A stretch of DNA of 61,308 nt. Origin: Raillietiella orientalis. Its lineage: Eukaryota. Under the pieces are notes generated by a model. The model ran no database searches, was not told where the DNA came from, and saw nothing but the letters and a program-made list of their open reading frames with translations. The translations under genes were made by a program, and so were the position numbers. Of this stretch, positions 12,081 through 25,578 are shown in pieces (position 1 is the stretch's first letter; every line of letters begins with the position of its first letter). Location of the stretch: NCBI GenBank assembly GCA_036172245.1, contig JAYWIR010000085.1, positions 248,001-309,308 of the forward strand, in the 5' to 3' direction.

Positions 12081-13397
12081 GAAAGTGAAGTCTCCTTTGC
12101 TTGAACTGGTCCTTGGAGAACGCAGCTTCAAATCGATTCCACATGAGTTTTTCTCTCTCATCTATTCAAAAATAATCGCTATTCCATGGTCTTGCAGTGC
12201 TCTCACGATATTAGGAACTCTCAAGTATGAAGTGTTGGTAGCCCACTTGTCTTGAAAAGATAATTCCTCGTGAATGGCTCATTGGCACTCTTCCAACAGA
12301 TACACTGGAAACAGGATCTTCAATGAACGATCCTGAATTCAGATGGCATTTGAATTAAGCTGTAGGTTTCTCCTTTTCGAATTGAAAGTTGGATAATGGA
12401 TGATGGCCAGGAAGTATGCTCTTCAAGCTTTCGAGTTTACCTTCATCTCTTTCCAAGTCAATCTTCAGGAATTCACATTTCGCAAACCCATTCAGGGATT
12501 CATCGTATCCTGTGGTTCATATCATAGAAACCCATGATTTCAACCTGTCGCCCTGGATCCTGCATCTGGCAGCAATCAGTGATTCTTGGCTTGCTGTGCA
12601 TGTGTTGCTTGTACATTTGATCCCTTCATGCATTCTACGGAGTATCTAAATTAGAAACTGATATCCCTAAGAACGATGCGTGCCCTTGTTGTAGAATGAA
12701 CGCGTTTTTAACTATTCGAAAAAGCACACATCTGAGAATGTGACGGTGATGCTACTGGGAAAACATGCTTTCCCTCGGAGTGTTCAATATGTAACTCGGC
12801 AGATACCCACGTCACTCTCGGAAGGCCTGGTCCATTAGATCAAGTGGACACATGCAAGGATGCAAGCGGTTCAGCTGGTGAAAATGAATTCGGGTTGCAG
12901 TGACATCGAAAGAGGGTTGCCCTAGGGAAAGGTTAATGATAAGCCTCCCTCTCCCAAGTTTCTGTTTTCCTCGTCTGCAGGGAAACCGCAGAGCTAATCT
13001 TCCGGAGCACTCGACAAAAGCTGTTAGACTAAGCAAAGAATAAACGCTGTCAAATTCCATCGAAAAAACAAACAAAGAAGGAAGCTGGATGCTCTTGAGA
13101 TTTTTTTTTGTTGCTTTCCATTCTTCTCTGTTATGCTGTTTCAAACTAATAACTGAACTGAGCATACATTCTCAAACGGATTCCATCTGCCACTTTGTAA
13201 CCGATGGATGTCTCTCTGCTCGTTAGCAACAAGCATTTGAAAAGCGTAGGATGGATCTGCATGAGTGGTAGAATATTCGGGGTCAATTCATTCTATTCAG
13301 ACGGCATTCGGAGGATCAGAGAATCTGCTTCCTCTTACGGAAGAAACTCAAGGTGTTATGGGGGATTAATTCTTCTCTCCTTGTCCACGTTTGCCAG

Positions 13398-13512
13398 CCC
13401 TGGGAACCAGAATGCTTCTATCCTGATTTTAATTACGATATCATCTGCGGAGACTCCTGGGAAAACAACAAGCTCATCTGCTCGACAGACCACGGAGTAT
13501 TTCTCGTAGAAG
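13398..13512 (+). CDS. GARNL3: GARNL3-like exon (CNH domain start)
   Basis: TGCCAG| ... |GTAAGA. PWEPECFYPDFNYDIICGDSWENNKLICSTDHGVFLVE; phase 0 in, 1 out. Confidence 0.92.
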
Positions 13513-13585
13513 GTAAGAAAATTCGGGTTTGGGAAGCGAGCCTCACAGAGGTGGACGAGCCACTTTCCAAAAATCTGCGTTCCAG

Positions 13586-13684
13586 AAGGAACAGCATGCA
13601 AGATGATTTTTGACAAGACTCTGTTGGTGAAGCAGCTAAGTGTGGTGGAGGCTCACGGGATCCTCATCATGAGGGCGGACAAAG
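13586..13684 (+). CDS. GARNL3: GARNL3-like exon (CNH domain)
   Basis: TTCCAG| ... |GTGAGG after a 73-nt intron. (E)GTACKMIFDKTLLVKQLSVVEAHGILIMRADK. Confidence 0.92.
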
Positions 13685-15079
13685 GTGAGGCTTTCTTTCC
13701 GTGTCATGAGATTCGCCGCGTACAGCGTCTTCCGCCATTCGTTTCTCAACTGAGGAGACATCACTTTTCACGCCAGAGGCGCTCCCTGTCTGCAGGATTA
13801 GCGCGAACCTCAGGACTAGGTTTCGAAGAAGGGAATCCGTAAGGAATGATGTAGTGCTTCCATGTTGGATGAGAAGCGTGCCGTCATCGATCGAAGCAAG
13901 AGGGGGAAACCTTCGCATTTGCTCCGGATGCATTCCGTTCACGTGCATTCCGTTGCCGCGCACGCTCCGGAACGTGGCCATCCGTGGAGATGGGGGTGTC
14001 CGAAAGGTCGCCTCGAAACGCTTTCCTCTTCACTTGCTGACGACCGCATCGGTCGTTGCGCTCTCATTTCATCCGGCAGCCAGCTCGCGCCCCGGTAATC
14101 CCACATTGGATGCTGTGCAATGAATCCTCAGAATGCAGGAATCATGTGCTGTATACACACCTGCCGGTTCTTCTGTGTTCCGAGCAAAAGAAAAACACTC
14201 CGACTCCATATATGGCAAACTGGCACTCCGATAAACTCTCGGTTTCTTCCTGTTTGGATGGCTCTAGGCTCAGAGTATCTCTGGAAAGCTGAGAGCGCAC
14301 GGCGTCTTTTCTCAACTCTTTCATCTTGCTGTTTGTGATCTTAGAAGGAGCTAAGAGCCTCTAGACAGCCTTTATCCATACCAAAATTCATCTGCAAACT
14401 CGAATTTCTATCGATAAAAGTCTGCTCTTTGCGTCTTAACCATTTCGGGCGAAATCCTTCCGTGACAGTAACTCTCTCTCGTTTCTGTTTTCTTGTGATT
14501 GATACACTGTAATTTATTCATTCATTTATCTAGAGACTTCCCTTAGTTGTATGATCTAGTGCCGTCAGATATTTCCATTCTTCATAGAGGTTGACAAAAT
14601 GAATTTTTACACATCAGATAAGGACGGGGTGACCATCAGAGCTTCTGGGGAGATGCAGATATTGATTTTGAGTCCCTATCTATATGCGCATCAAGGTACC
14701 AATCTTTTGCTGATCTGTATACATGTTGCAATATCTCCTGTGGCGTTCAGAGTATCATGTTCGAAGAAGTACTAAAACGGAATGTCTGCTTCTCCTGATA
14801 CTTCAGTGGTGCTGTTCATACTGCAGGTCACTCGAATTGGATGGCTCAAACTGAGCAAATGCAGCAACACGGAATGAAAGGAAGTCTCAGATCTCAGAAA
14901 AGCAAAGCAAAGCTCAAAACTGTCACTTCAGCAACTCAATACAAGTGGATAGAGCGTGTGTGAGCCAGAATGCGTCAAAAAGGATCGCTAAATGCCAAAA
15001 AAAGAAAAAGAACTAATTTCGGGATCACCATGCAGATTGCGAGATGATTTATTTTTCCAAAACCTCGATGTTTGGCGTC

Positions 15080-15360
15080 TTTCATCTTTTCTCTTCGCGC
15101 TGAAGTGGATCTCAACATGATCGGCCACCCACGCAAGAATCACCTCAGCATCTGGGGGAGCTTTTTGAGACCTAGTCAAAACTGACAACCACTTACGAGG
15201 AAACCAATCTTCGTGTCCAATTCACCGCCGATCAATTCAAATTTCAGTTCTGCTGCTTTTATTTTCGGTTCCGGTCTTATGCAATGCTGCACGTGCCAAA
15301 TACTTCCCGTGTGAGCGTACTTTCCCATTACCACTGCTCTTCTCAATGGAACCACTCTGA
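15080..15360 (-). mobile_element. Decayed LINE AP-endonuclease fragment
   Basis: AVVMGKYAHTGSIW (GDFNAH..W-like) followed by WVADHVEI (SDHxxI-like). Confidence 0.4.
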
Positions 15361-18300
15361 AGCGCAGCAAGAAACGGCCAGCTTTCCACACCGCCAGCCA
15401 AAATATTCCAAGAACCGCTGGAGGTCCTCTTCCTCTTCTGCCCTTGTTTACTGTTATTTTTAGACGCTTGAGAGAGAACATGCTTAGCATAATAGATTCG
15501 AGTTAAAACGGGATGAAGTTCTCCTAGGATTTTCTGGGAGCGTAGGCAAAAAGTAGTTTAGGTATGGGTAGAAGACTTATGTAGAAGGCAGCTCGGATGA
15601 ATACAAGAAGGCCGGATTTCAATTCTTGTTTAATCCTGACCAATTTTCTAGCAACTTAATCCATTTGGAAGTTTAGTATCCCTGAAAATCTTTTCAGACG
15701 CTTCTCTATTTTTTCCGATTTGGAGGAGCTTTAATCAAAAACTTCTGAAGAGCTTTGTGCTGTTTTTTCTCACACATATTATTCACTTGAAGGGCTTGTG
15801 ATTAATCAGGAACATCATCAACAATGGTTATATGTCTTAGCAGTGCAGCTATTATTTTTTTTTTTTTTTTCGTCGTTTGCCGCGAAAAGTCGCAGAGATC
15901 TCACGAAGAGACACGACACCTCGTTACTTGGCATGCCAACCAAGTCTTAGGATCCCAGCTTCAGATTCAGACTGAGCATTCTCAAACGGAAGGTGCTGTT
16001 AGATCCTTCGGATTTCTTCGACGGCAGCAGCCTTTTGGCTGATTCCATCAGTGATCTTAGTTTGAATTCTGGTTTGCAGCATCCGATTTTCGGGCTTCTC
16101 GGTGGATTCTCGAAAACATTAATGGCCATCGGGCACGGTTGAATCTTTGGATGATGCAACGTGCCGCCACTGTCTGACACTTTGAACTCTAATCATGCTT
16201 CATGGGTTATCAGAAATTCACTGCTCCTTTGCCTGTTAATCGAAAGTGAGTTGCTATGTTCGTTGTCTGTCTGAAGCACTCCATGATTTTCATGGATTAA
16301 ATGGCGCGAAAGAGTTATAATTCTACTCTCATCAACTTGAGATTATGCTAGGGATGCTGAGTTTTCATTGGCGATCAAGTTGATCATAGTTTATCAGTGC
16401 GTGCACCAAGAAGCCCACTGCCATCTTTCAATGCTCCTTGGTGTATATCTGTAAGGACAGAGATCTGAAATTCATCTGAATTCTTCAGTCTGTGAGATAG
16501 ATCGTCTAAAGTGAAGACAGATGGATTCTCAGTGTTTGTCAGTCATTTCGGGAATTATGCCTATGCCAACTGCTTTCTTTTCATATCACCAGAAACAACG
16601 CCCAGTGTCACCAAGAACCAATCTTTGTCTACAGTCTATGAAAGTTAGTTTGCATCCCTAGACGGCAAAGATACAAGCTCACCTTCATAGAAATTCATTA
16701 TCCAGCATCATCTTCAGATTCTTGTGTGTATATGATTTTCTATCCTACTGATTGTTTGTACAGTGTGCTGTTTGCAGTGATTGTATGCGCAATCTACGCG
16801 TATTGTTGTTCTGTGTATGCATGCAGAGGGTCTGTGTCTGTAGATACGTACTTTTAAGAAGATTTTAGAATCCACGGAGTCCTTTCACTTTCATGAAAGA
16901 TGTGCACTTAGTGAAGGAGAATACATTTAGTCTACTTTCATGAAAAATCTGTTGCATATGATATCCGAAGGCGAGATGGCAAAGATGCTGAGATGACTGC
17001 CACAATTCTTTGGGGGTCACTTCTTGGTAGTCCACATTTCATCCAAACTCGAAATGCTCTTCAAAAGGAAGAGCAAAACACATTCAGGCCAGTCTGCCTT
17101 CACATGTGGATGTTGAGCATGTAGCATCTCCAAACGAATACTTGTTTGAAAAGCAAGTTTTCTTATTTTCTTTTTTTTCATTGAACCCTTCATGATTGTT
17201 TAGGATCCAAAAAAGGGTTCCAATTTTTCATTCTTTGCGACACCCAAAAATCCCCTTGTGTATTAAAGAATCGTGATTTCAAAATTGAAATTCCGAAATT
17301 CTATTTTGAAATTGCTACGTCTGCAGCTTGCATCTTGGGATTCTGGCGCAAAGATCTGGAATGCTTTCACGAACTTCACTTTCTGATGATCAGCTGCATT
17401 TTCACAGAAGCATAGGCGAACTTCCTTTCGTGTTTTGTTAAACGAATGATTCTGAACCCTTGCTCGTGCTAAAAACCAAAAGGGCGCTTTCCACTTCCTG
17501 TTGAAAGATCCATTTGACACCATTGCTTCCAATCTTCTACAGTGTTCTTCCAGAAGTTAACAACACATCTGACACAGAAAAGTAATGTCTAAAAAGCATG
17601 AATATGAAAACTGGAAAAGTTTCTGGGATATTAACAGACACGTGAGATAAAACTTGCTCCTCAGAGCAAGGCACTCCTGAATTACAATAAAAAGTTAGAT
17701 GGAGACTTCATTCCTAATGAGTTTGTCTCGCTGGGAGTCGGTCTGATTTTAGCTTTACCAGAGGCCTTAGGAAGCAAAAAGCGGTATTAGACAGTAGTTG
17801 ACGGGAATTTCGAAGCATCCTTCTTACCCTTCTCGACTTTCTTGTGAAAGTTTCCAGATAAAAATCCTTTATCTTACAGGCTGACAGAGTTACTGCTTGG
17901 ATACTCAATGCAAGAATTCTCTGGCGTTTCTATTTCAGTTCCGTTGGAACGAATCCCATTTCACCTAAAATACACGAGATAGCGCTCACAGATCCTATTT
18001 AAGCTTTTCCATTTTGAAGGTGCTTCTTTGCGTTTATGTTCTCAATTCTCAGCTCTCAGTTCAGTTCAATAGCAATGCCCGCGAAGATCTGTTTCGAAAT
18101 TTGAATCACGTTTGCAGTCTCTAAGGGCTCGTGTGATGGCTGACTCAGATGGCATTTGTTTTGGTTTGACTTGTTTCTTCCGTTTCCAACTGTCTTCGCA
18201 GTGTGAGACTTGAACTTTTCCTCCCTGGAGCTCATTTTCTATTGCATTGAGTCAATGGATTATTGCGAGAGCCCTCAATTCAGCGTTTCCTTTCTGTCTG

Positions 18301-18855
18301 TTTAAGAACCTTGCTCAGATCTGTGTGACCGTGTGACCAAGATGGTCACTCTATCGTTACCGGCAACCGCATGACTCCTACATCATTCATCACAGCGTTT
18401 CAGATAAAATTTCCTTCCTCCACAAACGCGGAAATCCAACCGGTTTTGCTCTCCTGCAAGAGCGATCCTTTCTTGACAACGTACCTGCTTTCCTTGCTCA
18501 GTTTCCCTTACGGATCTGCTATGATGTCATTCCATGCTAGCACCTGATCCTCATTTCCTGGCTTTGAGGCTTCCAAAATTTCCCCGGAACTTCCAGCATT
18601 CAAAATATCATGGGCAGACGGAAGTTTGTTTGTTTGTTTTTATTCCTCAAAGAGGAAGAAAGTTTCTTGGTTCTCCTGCCTCCTCACGTCGGTTTTCCAT
18701 CGTCTTCCCGTGTTCAGTGGAGCGCAGCTTTCATAGCAAATAATAATTCTCGATGGTCAGGAAATCCTTATTGGATTTTCAGTCCCACCGATTAGAGGGA
18801 CGGCATGATCAGCCGCTGCCAGGTTCTTCATCGGTTTCCTTTTTTGCGTGTCCAG

Positions 18856-19019
18856 GGCGAGAAAGCAGGATATACGTCTTGCGCCTGTCAGACTTCAACA
18901 AGAACCCTCCTGGTATTGTTCCAAGGAGCAAATCAGAAATAAAGGATCAGAAGATGGAAAGGACCCGTGGCTGTCATCTGTATTCGCTATCGGAGCCGAG
19001 CGGTTCGTATTTGAGGATG
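18856..19019 (+). CDS. GARNL3: GARNL3-like exon (CNH domain)
   Basis: GTCCAG| ... |GTGAGC. (G)RESRIYVLRLSDFNKNPPGIVPRSKSEIKDQKMERTRGCHLYSLSEPSGSYLRM, containing the CNH-type E(R/K)T(R/K)GCHLY motif. Confidence 0.92.
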
Positions 19020-21157
19020 GTGAGCATCTTTCTTTCCTTCATCGGTAAGCTCCACCCACTCGCTGGAGCGATCACCAGATCGCCCATACGGTGCAGAGCG
19101 CGACCGCAGTCCCTGCGAGACGGGGCAGCACGCGTTGGCAGCGAAAACCAGTGGGGCCGCTGGAAACAGACAAGCGCGGCAAGCGAGGTCACCCGCAAGA
19201 AAAGCGATCCCGCTAGACGAAGGGGGGGGGAGGGGATAGCGCGGAATGGATGAGTAGTCGAATTTACGTTCGGCAGACCCTAAACGGCTTCCCGGATCGA
19301 GTCCTGCGACGCATCGCTGGCGCGCGCATTCGTCGTCCAGGTGAAGTGGGTAGGGAGTAGGTGGGTGGGGCGGGCGCCTCCGAGAAGAATCACACTGAGG
19401 AGCGCTTGATCTGGTCGCACGAAAAGAGCGGATAGAAACCTTTCGGCTCCTCCTGCTGCATGGTTTCTCGTTTCTTCCGTCACCGATCGCCTGAGAACGC
19501 GGTGCACGTGGATGAAACTCGGATCCCTCGCGCATCTCCTACTGCGGCGTGGCTCCTTTCTCGCACTCAACTTCTGTAGCACCAGATGGAGTGCTCGGCA
19601 TCCGGAAGTATCCCAAAGAGAAGCGTTTCGAGCCGTCCTCTTGTTTGCTTCGGACGAGGTCCCGGATTCAGCTTCCCAAATGAGATCATTACTGAAACGC
19701 GCCCAAGCACTCGCAAGCGCGAGACCCCAGCAGCTTCGCCCAAATCGGCTTCCGATTCCCTTTCTTTGGGAGCTCCAGAGCACTCCACGGACCCACCGCC
19801 CGCAACTTTGACGTTCGCTAGGAAGAATGGCATTTCGTATCCTTGAGCGTTTCTTGAAGCCTCAGGTGGATTCATGTCTGTGGCTCGAGGAATCTCATCG
19901 GATCTTCTTTCGGTCACGTTGACGGAAGCCTTCGAGCAAGACGTCTTCGGAGAGCCATTCAGCCTCCCCCCTCCCCCCTGCACGTGCCCGCTTCCACCCG
20001 TTCGATCCACACTCCCACCTCTCGAGATGAGCCGTAATGGGGAAAACGACCCGCCGCTGCGGGTCGCCAGCAGGGTGGTGAGGCGTCCTGCTCTGCTCCT
20101 GCACGCAGCCTACCAAGGGATGGGGACACGCCGCACAGGGAAATGGGGCCGCGACGCTGCCCTAGGAAACGGTCGGGATCATTAGCCCAACGAGGGTTTG
20201 CGTCACGAGACCCATCCGGACGAATGCCTCAGGGAGAGAAAGAGCTCCTCCTTTTCGGTCCCGTCACGTGCGCCTTCGTCTCTTCCCCGACTCGCTTCTG
20301 AGTCGTCAAGGGGATTCTCGTCCGGCCTGCGCCCTCAGCCGCCACTCTTCGTATTCCAGCACGGAGTACTTTTCCCAACCCCTCTAAGAATCGCCGCCGA
20401 TTATTCATCCTTCCACGTGACCAAAAAAGCCTCCTCCTCCCTCCTCCACGGTGGGCCAAGGGCCAAAGGCATGAAAGAGCAGGGTCGGAGGGCAGAGTGG
20501 GCTTCCCTGTCCCAAATGTCGCCCCGCTTTCGCACGCCAACGGCAGAAGCGCTCCTATTCACAAGAGGACCAGTTCCTTGAGGGTATGGTCGCTCTCCCT
20601 CTGACGCGTCTCTTGGAGATGCTACGAGGCAAAGTCCCTGTTTTCTCTTCCCGCTCACTTAAGTGGTGCCCTAGGTCACCATCTCCCTCCTGATCCTCTT
20701 TGGAAGCCGGGAGAAGGAGGTGTTCCCGTTCGAAAATGCATGATGAAGGAATTCCCTTCCCGTGCGGGTATGCGTTCCCCTCTAGGAGGGCAGGGTCGTT
20801 GAGCAGAGCCCCTCCTCCGAAAAGGAAGACCCCTTGGCTTAAGAAAGACTCCCTTTCCGCGACTTTTCTCACACCCATAGTCCAGGAGAATTGACCGAGG
20901 CGAACCCTTGGGAGTTTCCATCTGTATATCCCTTTGGGAGCGGAAAGGAAAAAAAAAGGTGGGAGGGTTCTTCATTTTCTGGGAGATTCCTTTGAGAAAG
21001 GACTCCAGAAAAAGACTCTGCTCTTTTCCTCTTCTGCTCTCTCTCCTCTTTCTCCCCCACTTCCTCTCCCTCTCTTCCTCCTCCTATCCCTCCTCTTCTT
21101 TCTCCTCCTCTTTCCTCCGAAAGAGACGCCATTGCTAATGGGGTGAGCGTCTTGTAG

Positions 21158-21271
21158 ACTGTCGTCATCGGCCACCGGTTGATCTTGATGGGTTGGAAGC
21201 ACTCGGCCGCCTGGACGCTGTGGTGTCCTGCCAACGACACGGACACCGTGGATGGTTTTCGGTACATCACG
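21158..21271 (+). CDS. GARNL3: GARNL3-like exon (CNH domain)
   Basis: TTGTAG| ... |GTAAGT; 114 nt, phase 0/0. TVVIGHRLILMGWKHSAAWTLWCPANDTDTVDGFRYIT. Confidence 0.88.
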
Positions 21272-22859
21272 GTAAGTGCCTTGCCTTTCAGACGCCCCTC
21301 TTTTCTTTTTCCCGCTGAGGGCGCCCTGCGGGGAAGGGAAAAGAGAGGGCAGCCTTCATCACTTAGGAAGAAGGGGACGATAAGCAGCAGCAGGGGTTGG
21401 GTGCGCATGGGCGCAAAAAGGCAGTGGGCGATGGGGAGGGAATCCCGAAGGAGAGAGGATGGGAGGGGTGAGAAGAAGCGAAAGGTAGTTCTCCCCGTTC
21501 CTTCGACTGAATCACCCCTCCTTTTTTTTCCTCCGAGTTCCACATCTGTCTTTTTCCCTTGTTCCCTGACTCACTGCTGTTTCTCCCCTCTGGCAGCGTA
21601 GGCGTTCCATCCCTAAGGGTTCCTCCCATGGTGAATCTTCTGGGACCCAGCCGCCCACCCCATTTGTCACCTCACTCCCCAGTCCATAGGATGGGGATCC
21701 TTCCAGAGCCCCTGATCGCAGTTTTCAAAAGGGAAAGTTTGGCATTCAAGGCAGCCAGGAAGTTCTTTCCTCCTCCCCCCCCCTCCCAGTTCCCTCGGAA
21801 AGGGAGACGTTGGATAGAAAGTTCCCTCTCTCGGCTCCCCTCTCTTAAGATAAGGGATGAGGAGGGAGCAAACTCCCCCAAGACCTCGATCTGCCACTCT
21901 TTCTCCTTTCTCGAGAAACCCGCTGGGCGACCTTATGAGTGCCGTGCCCTGCGGCCAACATGCAGGAGGTAGCCAGAAGCTCCCTTCAGGGAGCAAAGTC
22001 CACAGAGGCTGCGCATCAGCAACTCAACTGCTCCTCCCTTTTTCGAGAGCCACACCCATTCCCTGTTCCTCTCGCTTCTCCCTTACAGTATCCCCCTCCT
22101 TTCCCAGGCCTGCAGCAGGCGATGAGGAAAGGACATACAGCGCAGGGGGTTTCGCTTCTCTGGAAGGGGAGGAAGAGGTGGGATGTTCCTCCTCCTGTGA
22201 ATGACCGATGGGAGGCACACCGATGCCCGTTGGGCAGAAAGCGCTGACACAGATGACTGCGGAAAAGCAAGTCATCTTCCTCCGCAGATCCCGGGAGAGT
22301 TTCCCCGAGATCCACTGGCGTAGTTCCCACCTGAAGGTATAGGTGGAACGGGTTGGACCGCCGTGGATTGCTGGGAGAACGGTAGTTTTCCAGCTCCTGG
22401 GTGCCAGGAGACTGCGGCGTTGTCAGCCAGGGGGCAGAGGTTCTGGAACCTGGATTTCCGGGAAGACCGCGCGGACTTCTGCTCTCTGCCTAGAGCTCAT
22501 TCTGCTTCCTCTGCCTGACTGCAGCGAGACCACTGGTCAGCGGCAGGGCACTGCGACTGCCCAGCCCATGGCTGCTGCACCTTCTATGCGGTTCTTCCGC
22601 GCTTCTGGCACGATCCCAGCAAGCAGCTTGGTCTGCTTCCGGTTTTGACTGCAAGAGAAGGAGAAATGAGCAGGATGTTGGGCGTGGCAACGCGCTCTAA
22701 ACGATTCCTCGCATGTTCCTTGAAACCGGGATTCTCCTAATGCTTCGAAACCTTGCATGCTCCATATCATCGAACACGCATGGTAGGGAACCACGGAATA
22801 ACGAAGGAAAACGCAAGTTGCCCCCGAGTCCCATCTGACTGCCCACCGAAACGCTACAT

Positions 22860-23550
22860 CAGCTCGCAGAACCTATAAGCAGTCCTCCTCTCAGATTCTC
22901 TGCCCAGAAAAAGGTCTTTTTTGACTTCTTGGGGGCGTTTGGGGTTTCCTCTCCTCTCCTCCCCTGCCTTTTGCACCTTGGATCCACTCTGGATGAGGAT
23001 CTGGTTTCCTTGGATATGCAGAAGTAGCAAAGCCTGAGGGCAGCAGGAGTCACTGCCTGCGTGTGGTGATCCTTGGGGTGGCAGATGTAGCAGGGATGGA
23101 AACCATCAGAGCCAAAGGTAGCGGTGGTTCGGAGCCTGGATGCACAGCGGCAATGGCTGCCATCCCTCTGGCTTTCCTCTTTCTCTTTCTTTTCTTTTTT
23201 GTTTAGTGAGTGCAATCTCAGAGGAGAAGTCTTCTGCAGAGGGTGGCAAGTGCCCTTACTTTCCGAGCTTCTCCTGGCACATGGCTAGACAGCCCTCTGT
23301 CGTCTGCGTCCCGAGGAAATTCCCTTGCTGGTTCCTCCTTTCCATGATCTCCGAAACGTCGAGGACTTCTCAAAGAAAGAGCGACTTCCCTTTGAATCGT
23401 AATCGAGATCCATGGCATCATACCCTCGAATGGAAGTCCCTCCGGCATTCGGTGGGCACCCTTGCGTCCCTCCGGCTTAGTTTTCTTGCGATCTGTGCTT
23501 CCTCGAAGCTGCTGGCTCGGGGGGCAGGTACTTCCCAGAGCCTGTCACGT
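22860..23550 (-). mobile_element. Decayed gag/ORF1-like fragment with two zinc knuckles
   Basis: CYICHPKDHHTQA and CYFCISKE in ORF 22859..23215, i.e. tandem CX2CX4HX4C remnants. Confidence 0.55.
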
Positions 23551-24351
23551 CGATAAAGTCTCTGTTGTTAGACCCTCTTCTTGTTAGGGCAGGGGCTCGT
23601 GGAGATCAACTCTCTGATTCCAATGTTTTTCTCTTAATTTCTTTCTAAGACGTGTCCTCAGACGCTCAGCAAAAAGAGCAGACGAACCGCTTGCTCCGGA
23701 GCTCTGATGGAGCTCTTATCCGCGGCATGCTTGCCCTGTGCAACTTTCCTGGTGGTTCCTCAGTCACGTCGTCTTGCAGAAGAATTTAGATTTTCCCTTT
23801 GATGTCTGGAGTTTGCATCTTCGGAAGGCACTTGGAAGGCATCCATTCGTCAAGGAGGAATTACCTCTTTTTTTTGTTTTGGTTGTTACTATCGATGCTG
23901 AGAGTTCTGTTTGCTGTGTTCCAGCGATTTCCGATTTCTCTCGAACTGCTGTTGTGTTCGCGCGGATAGCGGGGATGCTGGGAGAGTAGCGCAGATCAGG
24001 GAATATCCGTCGCCCCCTGGCAGAGCGCTCTCTGCGAACGCCGCTGCAGTCGTATCTTCAAGAACGAGCGAAAGGAACCGCGCTGATTCTTCTGAGTCTC
24101 TCCTGCCTCTATGAGCGAATACGCGTCTCGGAACCCTTTCGGGCGTCTTCCGAGCTCCCTACTTTTTCGGGCGCCCGAGGGAGTCCAAGAAACTTCCCGT
24201 TAGGTGCATTCGACTTCTCCTCTCAGAAGTCGAGAAGAAGCCGGCTGCTGCTGCTGCGCTCTGTCTTCCGTTCCTCTTCCCCTCTTAGGCAAGAGGGGCG
24301 CTTCGCAGGGCTTCGGGTGAAATTTCCCCTACCTCTCCTTGCCTTCTCCAG

Positions 24352-24577
24352 GAGTTCAACCTGTGCGACACCCCTTCGGTGGTGACCCTCGTCGATTCTC
24401 CTTGGAAGAACTGGCCGAACCAGATCTGCGTCGGTTACAAGGAGCATTTCGAGCTCATCAATGAGAAGAACGGGGATGTCACCCGACTGCACTCGATCGA
24501 AGGCAACAGGAAGAACCTCATCGCAGCTATAGAGATCTATGAGGACAACAGCCCGGAGATTCTTCTTTGCTATAACA
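24352..24577 (+). CDS. GARNL3: GARNL3-like exon (CNH domain)
   Basis: CTCCAG| ... |GTGAGT. EFNLCDTPSVVTLVDSPWKNWPNQICVGYKEHFELINEKNGDVTRLHSIEGNRKNLIAAIEIYEDNSPEILLCYN. Confidence 0.92.
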
Positions 24578-24746
24578 GTGAGTGTCTCTAGGGGCAGTTG
24601 GAACGGAGGCGAAACTGGGAATCCGGAAACAACAGTGAGCGCTGTCGGTTCCTCCTCCTTTTTTTTTCTTTCTTCAAAAAAAAGGTCAGTAGCGACCTCA
24701 TGGTTGGATCGTTGCTATTGGTCTAGGAGGATGAAAGTCCTGAGTT

Positions 24747-25578
24747 CTTCCAGCTTTTTTTTTTTTCGGGTTTTCTTTTTAAGAGTTCGCCTACGTAGGG
24801 GTTCACGAAGCTCTTAACACCGTTCCACGCCACCCGGATGTGCGTGTCACTTTTCAATTGAATCCAGGATGGCCCCGGAGGAAGGATTTTGTAGCGTGGC
24901 GCTGATCTCTGGCTCCTCCGGCCGATCAGCTCCACGGGGTGTCCGGCGCACTGATCTCCCGTTCCTCTTATGCTTGGGAAGGATCCCCGAAGAGAACCTC
25001 GTGCTTATTCTCTCCGGAAAGACCCCAAAGGAAGCCGCTCCATTATTTCTTCTCCGAAGGGAACCTGGAAAGGATCTGCTCCTGGAATTTCTTCTACGGA
25101 GGGAACCTGCAAGGGAACCGCACCTTGTTCCTCCCTCTGAAGAGAACTACGAAGAGGCGCTTCCCAATTTCTCTGAAGAGGCGCTTCCCGAAGGGAGCAG
25201 AGCGCTTCTTAACGCTCTGGAGTGGTGTCGATCCACCAGCTCCATGACACGCGACGGAGGGCCCCCCTTCGAGGGGGAGAGGAAGAAAAACTCCAATTTC
25301 TCAACCGGGGGGAAAAACCCCGAAGGGAACCGTCTCCTTGATACCTGGAAAGATACCGGAGGGTCAACCTTCCCGGCCGGTCAACGAGTACATCCCGCTT
25401 CCATCAGTGTCAAAGTCTACAGACCAACCAGCGCCATCCTGCGGGATGGAAGGGACTCGAAACCCACGACACACATTCTCTGTTCTGGGCGTTTATCCTT
25501 CCCCCGGCGGGATCCCAATCCGCAGTGCTTGGCAATTACGCGCGAGGACCGCAGCAGCCAGACGGGCGCCAACGCAGG
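24747..25578 (-). mobile_element. Long tRNA-headed SINE-like element, copy 1
   Basis: Colinear similarity with 32867-33500 from head to A-run. The head GCGTTGGCGCCCGTCTGG...GCGGATTGGGATCCCG has decayed A and B boxes; the A-run is at 24755-24766. Confidence 0.65.
24980..25210. repeat. Diverged ~40-bp tandem repeat inside SINE copy 1
   Basis: About 5-6 units of the form TCTC(C/T)GAAG(A/G)GAAC...GAAGGG..CGCTCC. Confidence 0.55.

Noticed and set aside
25137..25200. Tandem CTGAAGAG...CGAAG motifs read as minimal hammerheads
   Set aside because: GAAG replaces the required GAAA, there is no stem III or UH site, and other repeat units lack the core.
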